A DNA stretch of 64,000 nt, from assembly GCA_965247115.1 (NCBI GenBank), contig CBDFGR010000002.1:1888001-1952000 (forward strand), given 5' to 3'. Positions 19,249-27,681 of the stretch are shown here, piece by piece (within the stretch, counting starts at the first letter, position 1; every line of letters begins with the position of its first letter). The DNA comes from Myxococcota bacterium (GTDB lineage: Bacteria > Myxococcota_A > UBA9160 > SZUA-336). The translations under genes were made by a program, and so were the position numbers. The notes under the pieces were generated by a model that worked only from the letters and a program-made list of their open reading frames with translations, had not been told where the DNA came from and did not search any database.

Positions 19249-19593
19249 TCAGATCTCGTCGACCAGGTCGATCACTTCCGGGTGCTGGAGCTCCAGGAGT
19301 ATCCCCCTGGCCTCGAGGTCCAGCTCGTTGAACAGCACGGCGAAGCCCGTCTCGGTCTCCCTGACGACTTCGGCTGGAAGCTCCACCGCGCGGAGCTCCA
19401 CGTGGCTGCGGGGAAAGTAGGGGACGAGCAGCGAGATGGGGGTGCCGGGGGCGACAGAAGGGGACGCGGGCTCGATCAGGGCGCCGGAGATGGAGATGTT
19501 CGCCAGGCTGCCGCCGCCCTCGACGTCTGGCCCCGAATACGCGACGGGCGTCCGGATCCCGTGGCGGGGCCTTGCAGCGGTCTCCTTCTCCAT
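19249..19593 (-). CDS. PilZ domain protein
   Basis: RPRHGIR and NISISGALI motifs, VVR...GFAVLF. Confidence 0.75.
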   Translation of the reverse strand: MEKETAARPRHGIRTPVAYSGPDVEGGGSLANISISGALIEPASPSVAPGTPISLLVPYFPRSHVELRAVELPAEVVRETETGFAVLFNELDLEARGILLELQHPEVIDLVDEI

Positions 19594-19669
19594 ACAGAGT
19601 GCTTATCTTCCGCCCCGTCCCGCGACTTTAGCCAGCCCTCTCGAATCGAGAGGAAGCTCTCGGGGGAGG

Positions 19670-19966
19670 TTATCCCCGGTTCATTGCCTGGGAGATGACG
19701 GCAAAGCCTTCGGTGGAGGCGAGGCGCTTCCCGAGCACCTTCTGGTACTCGGGCGAGTTGTACCACTCCTTGGCCTTCTCGACGGAGTCGAACTTCAGGA
19801 TCACCGTCTGGGGACCCGGTGGCTTCCCCTCGATGGTCTCGGCGGCTACGTCGATGGCAATCAGCTCGCCGCCGAATGGGGGGATCGTGGGACCGGCTTC
19901 CCGGGCGTACTCGGCGTAGAGGTCACTATCGTTCACGGTGTATTGGACAACAAAGTAGGCAGGCAT
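19670..19966 (-). CDS. DUF1330 domain protein
   Basis: MPAYFVV...FGGELI...VILKFDSVEKAKEWYNSPEYQ; GGAGG RBS. Confidence 0.88.
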   Translation of the reverse strand: MPAYFVVQYTVNDSDLYAEYAREAGPTIPPFGGELIAIDVAAETIEGKPPGPQTVILKFDSVEKAKEWYNSPEYQKVLGKRLASTEGFAVISQAMNRG

Positions 19967-20036
19967 ACCTCCACCTATCACAGTCGCAGCCGACCCTGCA
20001 AGACGGAGCTGGGAAGAGCTCCTCGAAGGTTTGGGG

Positions 20037-20516
20037 CTACGGCTCTTGCAGGGTATCCCTCGGTCCCGGGCCGCCCGGACCGAGACGTCCGCCCTCGCCG
20101 AGGTGTCCGCGGCCAGGAACGTAGTTCACCTCGACCCGGATTCCTTCAGGATCTTCGAAGAGAATGGAGTAGTAGCCAGGCGCCCACGGGCCCACGTGGG
20201 GGACCCTCACGATCTTCGCGTCGAGTTCCTCGACGATGAACGCGTGAATCGCGTCCACGTCTTCGCGACTACGCGCACGGAAGCAGAAATGGTGGAGCCC
20301 AGCTCGGTCCTGATCGAAGGAGGTGCCACGATGCTCCGGCGGTACCCCTCTGATGAGGATCCCCGTCCGACTCCCGATGCAGTAGATGATGCCGTCGCTC
20401 TTGATGAGCGTCTTCATGTTGAGGAAGTGACAGAGCTTCTCCCAGAACGGGATGCAACGGTCGGGGTCGTTCACGTTCAGCTGAATGTGAGCGATGCTGT
20501 TGAGTTCGACGCTCAT
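20037..20516 (-). CDS. VOC/glyoxalase family protein
   Basis: IAHIQLNV, GLHHFCFRARSREDVD, YYSILFEDPEGIRVEV. Confidence 0.88.
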   Translation of the reverse strand: MSVELNSIAHIQLNVNDPDRCIPFWEKLCHFLNMKTLIKSDGIIYCIGSRTGILIRGVPPEHRGTSFDQDRAGLHHFCFRARSREDVDAIHAFIVEELDAKIVRVPHVGPWAPGYYSILFEDPEGIRVEVNYVPGRGHLGEGGRLGPGGPGPRDTLQEP

Positions 20517-20528
20517 CGGAGCTCCTCT

Positions 20529-21716
20529 CTAGACGACGCGTCCGGCGTGTAGCTCGGCTATCGCTGCAGCGTCGTAACCGATCTCACGCAGGATTGCGTC
20601 CGTGTGCTCGCCGAGCTGCGGTGCCCGCGTGGGGGTGCGAGCCGGGCTCCGACCGAGCGCAACGGGAAAGCCCGCGATCGCGAGAGGCTTCTCCGCGGTC
20701 GGATACGAAACGTGCTCGAGGAACCCGATGGACTGGACGTGCGGGTCGTCCAGCACCTCTCTCGGGGCGTAGACAGGTCCGCCTGGCACCTTTGCCACCT
20801 CCATTTCGGCCAGGGCTTCGGCGCTGCTGCGCTTGAGACACCACTCGGCCATGCGAGCCGAGAGAAGGGCACCGTTGTCTCCGCGGCTCCTGTCATCCAC
20901 GAAACGCTCGTCGTCGAGCAGCTCCTCGGCGCCCACCATGCGGCACCAACGCTCGAACTGGGGCTGGCCGATCGTCAGGCACATCACCCAGCCGTCCTTA
21001 GTTTGGAACACGTCCATTGGGCCCCCTGTCTGGCCTCGGTTGAGCGTCGCCTTGCGGTTGAGTCCGAGCTGCTGCTCTTCGAGCAACGTGCTGTTCATGA
21101 ACGTGAGGGCCGTCTTGAGCAGCGCCCCCTCCAGGTGCTGGCCCTCTCCGGTCCGGTTCCGGTGCATGAGCGCGGCCAGCGTCGCGAACGCGCAGAGTGA
21201 GGCTGTGCCGAAGTCCACGTACGGCGTGAACGATCGCGTTGGCGCATCGGCAGTCCCCGAAAGGTGCAGGTTCCCCGACATCGCCTGCGCGAGACCGTCG
21301 AAGCCGATCTTGGAGGTCCAGGGCCCTCCGCTGCCGAAGGCGTTGATGCTCGTGAGGATGATGTCTTGCTTCACCGCCCGGAGGCTTTCGTAGTCCAGGC
21401 CCAGGGCCTGCAGCGTCTCGGGCGGCAGGTTGGCCACGACCACATCCGCCGTCGCGACGAGCTCGCGTGTGATCTTCGCGCCCTCCGGCTTCGTCGGGTT
21501 GAGCGTCAGGCTGCGCTTGTTGCGGCCGACCTGAAGAAACATCGCTCCCATCCCGTCGGAGGTGACCGGTGCCACGAAGCGGTCTTCTCCACCGTCGACT
21601 CGCTCGATACGGATCACCTCCGCGCCCAGGTCCCCAAGCAGGGCAGCGCAGAACGGGCCGGCAATGTAGCGGCCGAAGTCCAGAACGCGGACTCCGTCGA
21701 GAATGCCCACTCCCAC
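20529..21716 (-). CDS. Family III CoA-transferase
   Basis: RVLDFGRYIAGPFCAALLGDLGAEVIRIE, RNKRSLTL, DVVVANL, APQLGEHTD. Confidence 0.9.
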   Translation of the reverse strand: MGVGILDGVRVLDFGRYIAGPFCAALLGDLGAEVIRIERVDGGEDRFVAPVTSDGMGAMFLQVGRNKRSLTLNPTKPEGAKITRELVATADVVVANLPPETLQALGLDYESLRAVKQDIILTSINAFGSGGPWTSKIGFDGLAQAMSGNLHLSGTADAPTRSFTPYVDFGTASLCAFATLAALMHRNRTGEGQHLEGALLKTALTFMNSTLLEEQQLGLNRKATLNRGQTGGPMDVFQTKDGWVMCLTIGQPQFERWCRMVGAEELLDDERFVDDRSRGDNGALLSARMAEWCLKRSSAEALAEMEVAKVPGGPVYAPREVLDDPHVQSIGFLEHVSYPTAEKPLAIAGFPVALGRSPARTPTRAPQLGEHTDAILREIGYDAAAIAELHAGRVV

Positions 21717-21722
21717 CTCCGA

Positions 21723-22139
21723 CTAGGCCGGCTGGAACTTTGGAAGGTGAACGCCGTCCGCCACCTTCTCGAAGACCGCCTGCAGCTTCATGCCGACCAC
21801 GAGGTCGTCGTTCGAGCAGCCCACGACGTTCGTATTCACGCGCGGCCCCTCCTCCAGCTCCACGATGGCGATGTTGTACGGGAGCTCCGCGTCGAAGCCA
21901 GGGTGGTAACGCTGGTGCATGATGCCAAAGGAGAAGAGCTCCCCCCGCCCCGACGCCTCCGTCCAGGTTAGATCTTCGCCCAGACACTCCGTGCAGAGCC
22001 GCGTTCTCGGATCTAGACGAGTTTCGCATCCCTCGCAGCGTTTGATCATCAGGACCCCACGAGCGGCGCCATCGAAGAAGGGCGCTGACTCCTCGTCCGG
22101 TTCCGGGACCGGCTTCTCGATGCGTGTGGCTTCGCTCAC
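21723..22139 (-). CDS. DUF35-type Zn-ribbon/OB-fold protein (thiolase partner)
   Basis: RCEGC...CTEC, SGRGELFSF, IVELEEGPRVNTNVV; GTG22139 with AGGAG upstream. Confidence 0.9.
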   Translation of the reverse strand: MSEATRIEKPVPEPDEESAPFFDGAARGVLMIKRCEGCETRLDPRTRLCTECLGEDLTWTEASGRGELFSFGIMHQRYHPGFDAELPYNIAIVELEEGPRVNTNVVGCSNDDLVVGMKLQAVFEKVADGVHLPKFQPA

Positions 22140-22150
22140 GAGCTCATCTC

Positions 22151-23350
22151 CTAGTGCAACGACTCGTGCTGGCTCAGCACGAGGCAGGCGTGATAATCGA
22201 GGAGGCCACCCTGGCCGCTCACCAACACGACGTCGTGCTTCGGCACCTGTCGGTCGCCGCCCTGACCACGGGCCTGGATGACGCCCTCGGAGATCGGCGT
22301 CATGCCCCACATGTAGTAGCCAGAGAGCTCTCCGCCTCCGGTGTTGGTGGGCAGAGCCCCTCCGGGCTCGAGCCGTCCGTCGCTGACAAAAGGACCTCCC
22401 TCGCCCTTCGGGCAGAACCCGTAGTCCTCGAGCGTGACCAGGGTTGTGTAGGTGTAGCAGTCGTACAGCTCGCATACGTCGACGTCGTCAGATGTGATCC
22501 CGGCCATCTCGAAGGCGGTCTTCTTTGCAATCTTCGCGCCGGTGTTCACCTCGTTCTCAAAACTCGCTCGCTGGGGATTGCCCGGATGTCCCTGACCCAT
22601 GCCGACTACATGGACGGGAGGTTGTTTGAGCTCCGCCGCACGCTCCGGCGTGGTGACGATCACGGCAATCGCGCCGTTGTTCACCAGCGTGCAGTCGAGC
22701 AAGTGGAACGGCTCGCAGATCCAACGGGAGGCGTGATAGTCCTCGAGCGTGATCGGCTTCTGCATGATCGCAGCGGGGTTTCGAGCCGCCCACTTCCGGT
22801 TCGAGACGGCTATGGCGCCCAAGTGGTCGCTCGTCGTCCCATAGAGGGCCATGTGCCGTCGGGCCGCCAGCGCGTAGGCCGCGTTCGCACCGAAGAATCC
22901 ATAGGCTGCGCCCAGACCGGAGAGTCCGCGCGGGGCGCGGCCGGCGCCTCCATAGGCTGCTCCAGCCGAACGTCCGTCCGTGAGCGGTGCGTCCGCGAAC
23001 ACGCACGCAACCATGTTGCACATGCCTGCCTGTACGGCGAGCGAGGCGAACTGCACCATCTGCCCCGCCGTCGAGCCGGCCGCGTTCATGTGATTCACGA
23101 GTCGAAGGTCTCTGAGCCCCATGGCACTCTGCAGGTTGAGCGGAGAGTCTGCCGGCCCAGACCCACCCATTCCGGAGATCCCGCTGTTGATCAGAAGGCC
23201 GTCGAGGTCGTCCTTATCAAGGCCAGCATCCGCGAGGGCTCGCGCGACGGCTCTCGCGGCAAGGGTCACGGCGCCACCGGTGTAGTGCCGTGTCATCTCC
23301 GTGAGGCCGAGGCCAACGATTGTGCCGGCAGGGCGGCTCGTGGACGTCAC
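22151..23350 (-). CDS. Thiolase-superfamily protein (SCP-x/Ltp2-like)
   Basis: EPFHLLDC, ELYDCYT, LEDYGFC, NTGGGELSGYYMWG. Confidence 0.88.
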   Translation of the reverse strand: MTSTSRPAGTIVGLGLTEMTRHYTGGAVTLAARAVARALADAGLDKDDLDGLLINSGISGMGGSGPADSPLNLQSAMGLRDLRLVNHMNAAGSTAGQMVQFASLAVQAGMCNMVACVFADAPLTDGRSAGAAYGGAGRAPRGLSGLGAAYGFFGANAAYALAARRHMALYGTTSDHLGAIAVSNRKWAARNPAAIMQKPITLEDYHASRWICEPFHLLDCTLVNNGAIAVIVTTPERAAELKQPPVHVVGMGQGHPGNPQRASFENEVNTGAKIAKKTAFEMAGITSDDVDVCELYDCYTYTTLVTLEDYGFCPKGEGGPFVSDGRLEPGGALPTNTGGGELSGYYMWGMTPISEGVIQARGQGGDRQVPKHDVVLVSGQGGLLDYHACLVLSQHESLH

Positions 23351-23359
23351 TCCGTACTC

Positions 23360-23782
23360 CTATGGTGCATTCGCCGTGTCCTGGACGGCGCGGATCGGTC
23401 GAAGCAGCACGGGGTACCAGTGCGGCTCCGTATGTCCCTCTGGCGGGATCGTTTTCTCCACCGGCAGGCTGAGCACCCGTCCGGCTCGCACGTACGCGGA
23501 CTTGTGCCCCGGCACCGCCGCCAACGCCTGTTCCTCGAGGAGCTCCAGCACCGCGTCGATCATCGGCAGCGGCAGTCCCGTCCACACGATGCGGTTTCCC
23601 GGCAGCGCGATCTGAGTCTCGTGGTCGGCTTCTCCAGCGAAGCGCTGGTGAAGCTCCGCGAAGCTAACCCAGTCCGTTTTGTCCACGTAACTGAGGATCG
23701 CTTCCTTGTACTCGTCCTTGTTCGTCACTTTCTGATCATACTCCGTTCGGCGACCCCGGAGCGAGGCGGGTGCGGTGCTCAA
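23360..23782 (-). CDS. Small hypothetical protein resembling phage-satellite 'pathogenicity island protein' family (start may be GTG23728)
   Basis: AILSYV...VSFAEL...IVWTG...AYVRAG..LSLP...PHWYPV pattern; coupled to both neighbours. Confidence 0.55.
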   Translation of the reverse strand: MSTAPASLRGRRTEYDQKVTNKDEYKEAILSYVDKTDWVSFAELHQRFAGEADHETQIALPGNRIVWTGLPLPMIDAVLELLEEQALAAVPGHKSAYVRAGRVLSLPVEKTIPPEGHTEPHWYPVLLRPIRAVQDTANAP

Positions 23783-24732
23783 TCGAGCGAGCGGAGGAAG
23801 TCCAGCATCGCTGAGTTCACCGCGTCGGGTGCTTCCTGCTGGGTCCAGTGGCCGATGCCGGGGAGGATCACGACGTGCCGGAGGTCGGGCACGATCGCGC
23901 GCATCTGCTCCTCGAAGCCCGGGTTGCGCGCGATCAGGTCCTGATCACCGCTGATGAATAGGGCGGGCTGCTCGATCTTCCGTCCCTGGAAGGCTGCAGA
24001 CAGCTCCCAGCTGCGGTCTATGTTGCGGTACCAGTTGAGCCCGCCGCGGAAGCCCGTGCGCAGGAACTCCTGCGTGAAGAACTCGAGGTCTTCCTCCGTG
24101 AGCCAGTCGGGCAGCTTGTCGGGATCCTCGAGCTGATCCAGAAAGTCCGCGGTTTTGGGCTGCGCTCGGAACACGCGCTTCAGTCCGCTGCCCGACGCAC
24201 TGTGCAGGAACATGCGCAGCGAGCGGCGCACGTTCTTCTGTAGCTCGTGCTCCGCAACCCCCGGCGTCTGGAAGTAGAGGATGTAGAAGAAGTTGTCGCC
24301 AAAGGCCTGCTTGAGCAGCGCGGTGGGCTGCAGGGCCGCTCGATCCGAGGCGGGCACGGACAGCCCGATCACGGCACGGACCAGGTCCGGCCGCCACATG
24401 GCGGCGTTCCAGGCGACGGGGGCTCCCCAATCGTGGCCGGCGATCACTGCGCTCTCCGCTCCCAGTGCCGAGACGAGACCGACGATGTCTCCAACCAGGT
24501 GATGCTGTGTGTACTGGTCTATCGCTTCGGGCGCCTCCGTTTGCCCATAGCCGCGTTGATCGGGCGCAACAACGTGGTATCCCGCGTCAGCGAGGGCCGG
24601 GAGCTGGTGACGCCATGAGTACCAGGACTCCGGAAAGCCGTGGCACAGAATCACCAGCGGCCCCTCGCCTGCCTCGGCAACGTGCATCTGAATGCCGTTT
24701 GTTTGTAGGGTGCGGTGCCGGATTTCGCTCAC
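23779..24732 (-). CDS. Epoxide hydrolase-like alpha/beta hydrolase
   Basis: HGFPESWYSWRHQ, PDQRGYG, GHDWGA, LNWYRN, GHWTQQE. Confidence 0.92.
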   Translation of the reverse strand: MSEIRHRTLQTNGIQMHVAEAGEGPLVILCHGFPESWYSWRHQLPALADAGYHVVAPDQRGYGQTEAPEAIDQYTQHHLVGDIVGLVSALGAESAVIAGHDWGAPVAWNAAMWRPDLVRAVIGLSVPASDRAALQPTALLKQAFGDNFFYILYFQTPGVAEHELQKNVRRSLRMFLHSASGSGLKRVFRAQPKTADFLDQLEDPDKLPDWLTEEDLEFFTQEFLRTGFRGGLNWYRNIDRSWELSAAFQGRKIEQPALFISGDQDLIARNPGFEEQMRAIVPDLRHVVILPGIGHWTQQEAPDAVNSAMLDFLRSLD

Positions 24733-24825
24733 GTCTCTCTCCTGGCGAGCAGCTGAAAGTACGGTACGCGATGCTCCTCCGAGCGTTGCTCGAACCCGAT
24801 TTCGACAGGCATGACCCGCGCAGGT

Positions 24826-25653
24826 TTACTCGGCGGGGGCGAAGAACGCGAGCGTGCGTACCTCGATGCTCTCTCGCGGCGCCGCGTCTGGGGGGCTGGT
24901 CGGGTCCAGGAACGCGGAGTGGGCGCTGAAGCGCGCGCGTCCGTCCTCCGCGGAGTCGTAGCACTTGAGCAGCATGACTTCTGTCGGTTGCATCTTCGGG
25001 AAGTAGAACCAGCGGTGTTCCGGGCTGAACGTGAGCTGGTACACCTCACCTGTCCGATCCTGGTACTTGAGGTCGGTCGGAACGAGATCCTGCTTGCCGA
25101 TGCTGCGTGCGTCGCAGACCGCGATGGGCATCTCCTCCACGGGCCCGACGATCGGCTTCCAAACGTTGATCACCGCGAAGCGCTGCTCGAGCAGCCGCTC
25201 TGCCTCGGCGGGCTCGACCAGGTCGCGCACTCGCTGCGGACCGGACTTGGTCGTGTAATCGTTATGGGCGATCTTCACGGGCCTCTGCGCCCCGTTCTCG
25301 CCGCGCTCAGCCATGGGTTCACAGCGCACGTTGTGGTCAAAGACGAGCACCTTCGATGCGCCGGTCGCCTTCTTCACCAGCTGCTCGACCTCCAGATAGT
25401 AGACCGCCCGAACCTCCGCCCTGTCGTAGAAGTTCGAAACCCCGCTATCGTGGTGCGCCAGCGTGAAGCCCTGCTCGTCCAGCGACAGCGATTCGAGGAC
25501 TTTCCGCCCATCATGGATCGCCAATGTGCGGCGGTCGCTCTCCGCCGTCGGTCGGGGCGTCCCCGGCGAAGGCTCGTACATGTAGAAGGCTGGCTTCTCA
25601 GCAAGCGGAACGAGGTAGTTCAGCGAGGCTTCGACGTGCTCTAACCCTTCCAC
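24826..25653 (-). CDS. CmcJ/NvfI-family (Fe/2OG-like) oxidoreductase
   Basis: VFDHNVR, AHNDYT, VINVWKPI, AHSAF, RESIEVR; AAGGAGG RBS before GTG25653. Confidence 0.82.
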   Translation of the reverse strand: MEGLEHVEASLNYLVPLAEKPAFYMYEPSPGTPRPTAESDRRTLAIHDGRKVLESLSLDEQGFTLAHHDSGVSNFYDRAEVRAVYYLEVEQLVKKATGASKVLVFDHNVRCEPMAERGENGAQRPVKIAHNDYTTKSGPQRVRDLVEPAEAERLLEQRFAVINVWKPIVGPVEEMPIAVCDARSIGKQDLVPTDLKYQDRTGEVYQLTFSPEHRWFYFPKMQPTEVMLLKCYDSAEDGRARFSAHSAFLDPTSPPDAAPRESIEVRTLAFFAPAE

Positions 25654-25702
25654 CGGGTCGTCCTCCTTGCCGCATGGCGCAACTCCTAGTATAGGGGGAA
25701 GC

Positions 25703-25981
25703 ATGTGTAGAAACATCAAGACGCTGTTCAACTTCGACCCGCCTGCGGGACCGGAGGAGGTCGCGGCGGCGTCGCTCCAGTTTGTCCGCAAGCTGAGCGG
25801 GTTCACCAAGCCGTCCAAAGCAAACGAGGCGGCCTTCGAACGGGCCGTGGAAGAGGTCGCCCGAATCTCCCACGAGCTCCTGGACTCGCTCGTGACCTCG
25901 GCTCCCGCTCGCGACCGCGAGGTCGAGGCCGCCAAGGCCCGCGCTCGCGCCGCCAAGCGCTTCGGCAGCGCTGCCGCGTAG
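25703..25981 (+). CDS. DUF2277 family protein
   Basis: MCRNIKTLFNFDPPA...ASLQFVRKLSGFTKPSKAN. Confidence 0.88.
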   Translation: MCRNIKTLFNFDPPAGPEEVAAASLQFVRKLSGFTKPSKANEAAFERAVEEVARISHELLDSLVTSAPARDREVEAAKARARAAKRFGSAAA

Positions 25982-26018
25982 TCCGCCGTGGTGCGGTAGC
26001 TCAGGGAGAATCGGCCAG

Positions 26019-26263
26019 ATGGCCCAAGGCAAGGTTGCCCCTATCCTGGGGTTCTGCGACGTACGCAAAGCCGCGGAGTACTACCGCGACGTGTTGGGGT
26101 TCAGCGAGCGGAGCGTGACGCCGACGCCCTGCACGCCGAGCTGGTAGGCCGAGGGGCCAGCATCCTCCGGCCGCCGCAGGACGTGCCCTACGGCTTGCGC
26201 GACTTCGCGGTCGAGGACCTCGAGGGCCACCGCCTGCCTTTCGGCACGCCGCTGACTGCCTGA
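26019..26263 (+). pseudogene. Internally deleted, frameshifted VOC/bleomycin-resistance-family gene
   Basis: N-terminus MAQGKVAPILGFCDVRKAAEYYRDVLGFS and, in another frame, C-terminus DADALHAELVGRGASILRPPQDVPYGLRDFAVEDLEGHRLPFG; middle missing. Confidence 0.75.
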
Positions 26264-26391
26264 AGTACCGCTTCCCTAGAGCTCCGCCGGGCCGGCTTGG
26301 CTGACCACTTCACGTTCTCTGGCTCGGAGATCCGGTGGCCGACACAAGCGCTCCGTCTCATCGTGGCCGTTTCGACGGATGCAATCGCTTC

Positions 26392-27078
26392 CTACGCCGG
26401 AGAGCCATGAGCCCCTCCAGGCGCTTCCAATGGATCGAGCAACCCGTGTCTCCTCCAGCCGACATCGAGAAGCCAAGTGTGAGGGAAGGCTACAGGCCGG
26501 ATTCCGTCCGAACCCTCGAATCGCCTCGCGCCCCTCCTCCAGCCCTCGAACCAGCGGCCCGAAGAAGCGGGATCGATCGACCCGGGCCGAAGGCGCACAG
26601 TGTGTCGCCGCGCGTTGAGCAGCACATACCGGATCGCATTCCGGACCTCGCGCGGCGTCTTCAGAACCCGCATGTGATACCGGTCCGCCAGGAGCTTGCC
26701 GCGCCACGCGAACGCCCGCTCTGCCGCACGCACCATCCTCATGGCAACCGACTTCATTCCCCGTCCCAGTGCGTGGCGGCTCTTGGCCTCAACGATGAAA
26801 TGGGCATGGTTCCCCAGGAGGGCGTAGTGCACCAACCGAAACTCCCCGCGCTCGCAGCCCCGCGCAAGCGTCTCTTCGAAGGCGCGAACAAAGCTCCCCC
26901 TGCGCAGCGAAGGCACACCGGCCCGAATCCGGAGTGTCACGTGGCACGGGTGACGCGATGCGAATATCGGCCGACTGCGGTGACGGACCATGGGGTTCGG
27001 ACCAGGCTTTCGTCCCGCGCCTTCTCTCCGTTCTCGGAGACCTAGAGATAGTTGCTTCTGCCTCTTCCTGTCATTCAC
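26392..27078 (-). mobile_element. RAYT-like HUH (Y1) transposase/nuclease, copy 1
   Basis: PCHVTLR, HUH motif NHAHFIVEA, DRYH, REVRNAIRYVLLN (catalytic Tyr), DPASSGRWF. Confidence 0.85.
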
Positions 27079-27088
27079 CGTTGTGTGT

Positions 27089-27116
27089 ATAATAGGGCTT
27101 TCCTATTCATTGTCAA
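27089..27116 (-). promoter_or_regulatory. Sigma70-like promoter of RAYT copy 1 with a palindrome in the spacer
   Basis: Minus strand TTGACA (27116-27111)-N16-TATTAT (27094-27089), 10 nt before the GTG start; AATAGG-N5-CCTATT palindrome at 27091-27107. Confidence 0.65.
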
Positions 27117-27117
27117 G

Positions 27118-27660
27118 GGTACAGACCTGGTAGATGGTTGACACTTAAGCTCTGGAACTTCGCTGACACACTCCGAGCTGCATGCAGCAAGGGGGGGAGC
27201 GATGCCCTGGGCGGAGACGTCAGCCGTGCAAGAGCGGATCCGGTCTATCGCGGACTACAAGAGCGGGCTCTACACCATGACCGAGCTGCGTGAGCGCTTC
27301 GGCGTGAGCCGCCAGACCGCCTACAAGTGGATCCAGCGCTACCGCGGCCCGACCTCCTGCGCCCAACAAACGGGCCCAGCAGCGCCGATTTGACCGCTTC
27401 CGCACGATCTACAACCAGCAGCGGCCCCACGAAGCCTTGAACCAGAAGCCTCCGGCTCCACGCTGGCGGCCGTCCCCTCGGACCTTTCCCGAGCTCACGC
27501 CGTGGCCTGACTATCCCAGACACTTCGAGGTCCGAGTGGTCAGTGACGCGGGCAGTTTCGTTCGGAGACGCCCGATGTTCATTGGCTCTGCGCTTACCCA
27601 CAAAGCGATCGGACTCGAGCCCGCGGTGTCCGACGGACGGGTTCGTGGTGTCCCCCTCGA
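27118..27660 (+). mobile_element. IS481-family remnant lacking the DDE core
   Basis: N-terminus MPWAETSAVQERIR...ELRERFGVSRQTAYKWIQRY (27202) joined out of frame to C-terminus ARPPAPNKRAQQRRFDRFRTIYNQQRPHEAL...YPRHFEVRVV; end-like GGTTGACACTT and CTGACAC boxes upstream; right boundary approximate. Confidence 0.78.
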
Positions 27661-27681
27661 GGAGGGCGCTCTCTTGTTTGC

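Noticed and set aside
26269..26394. CGCTTCC(C)TA near-repeat flanking ~110 bp downstream of Y1 copy 1
   Set aside because: Short, imperfect and not found beside copy 2
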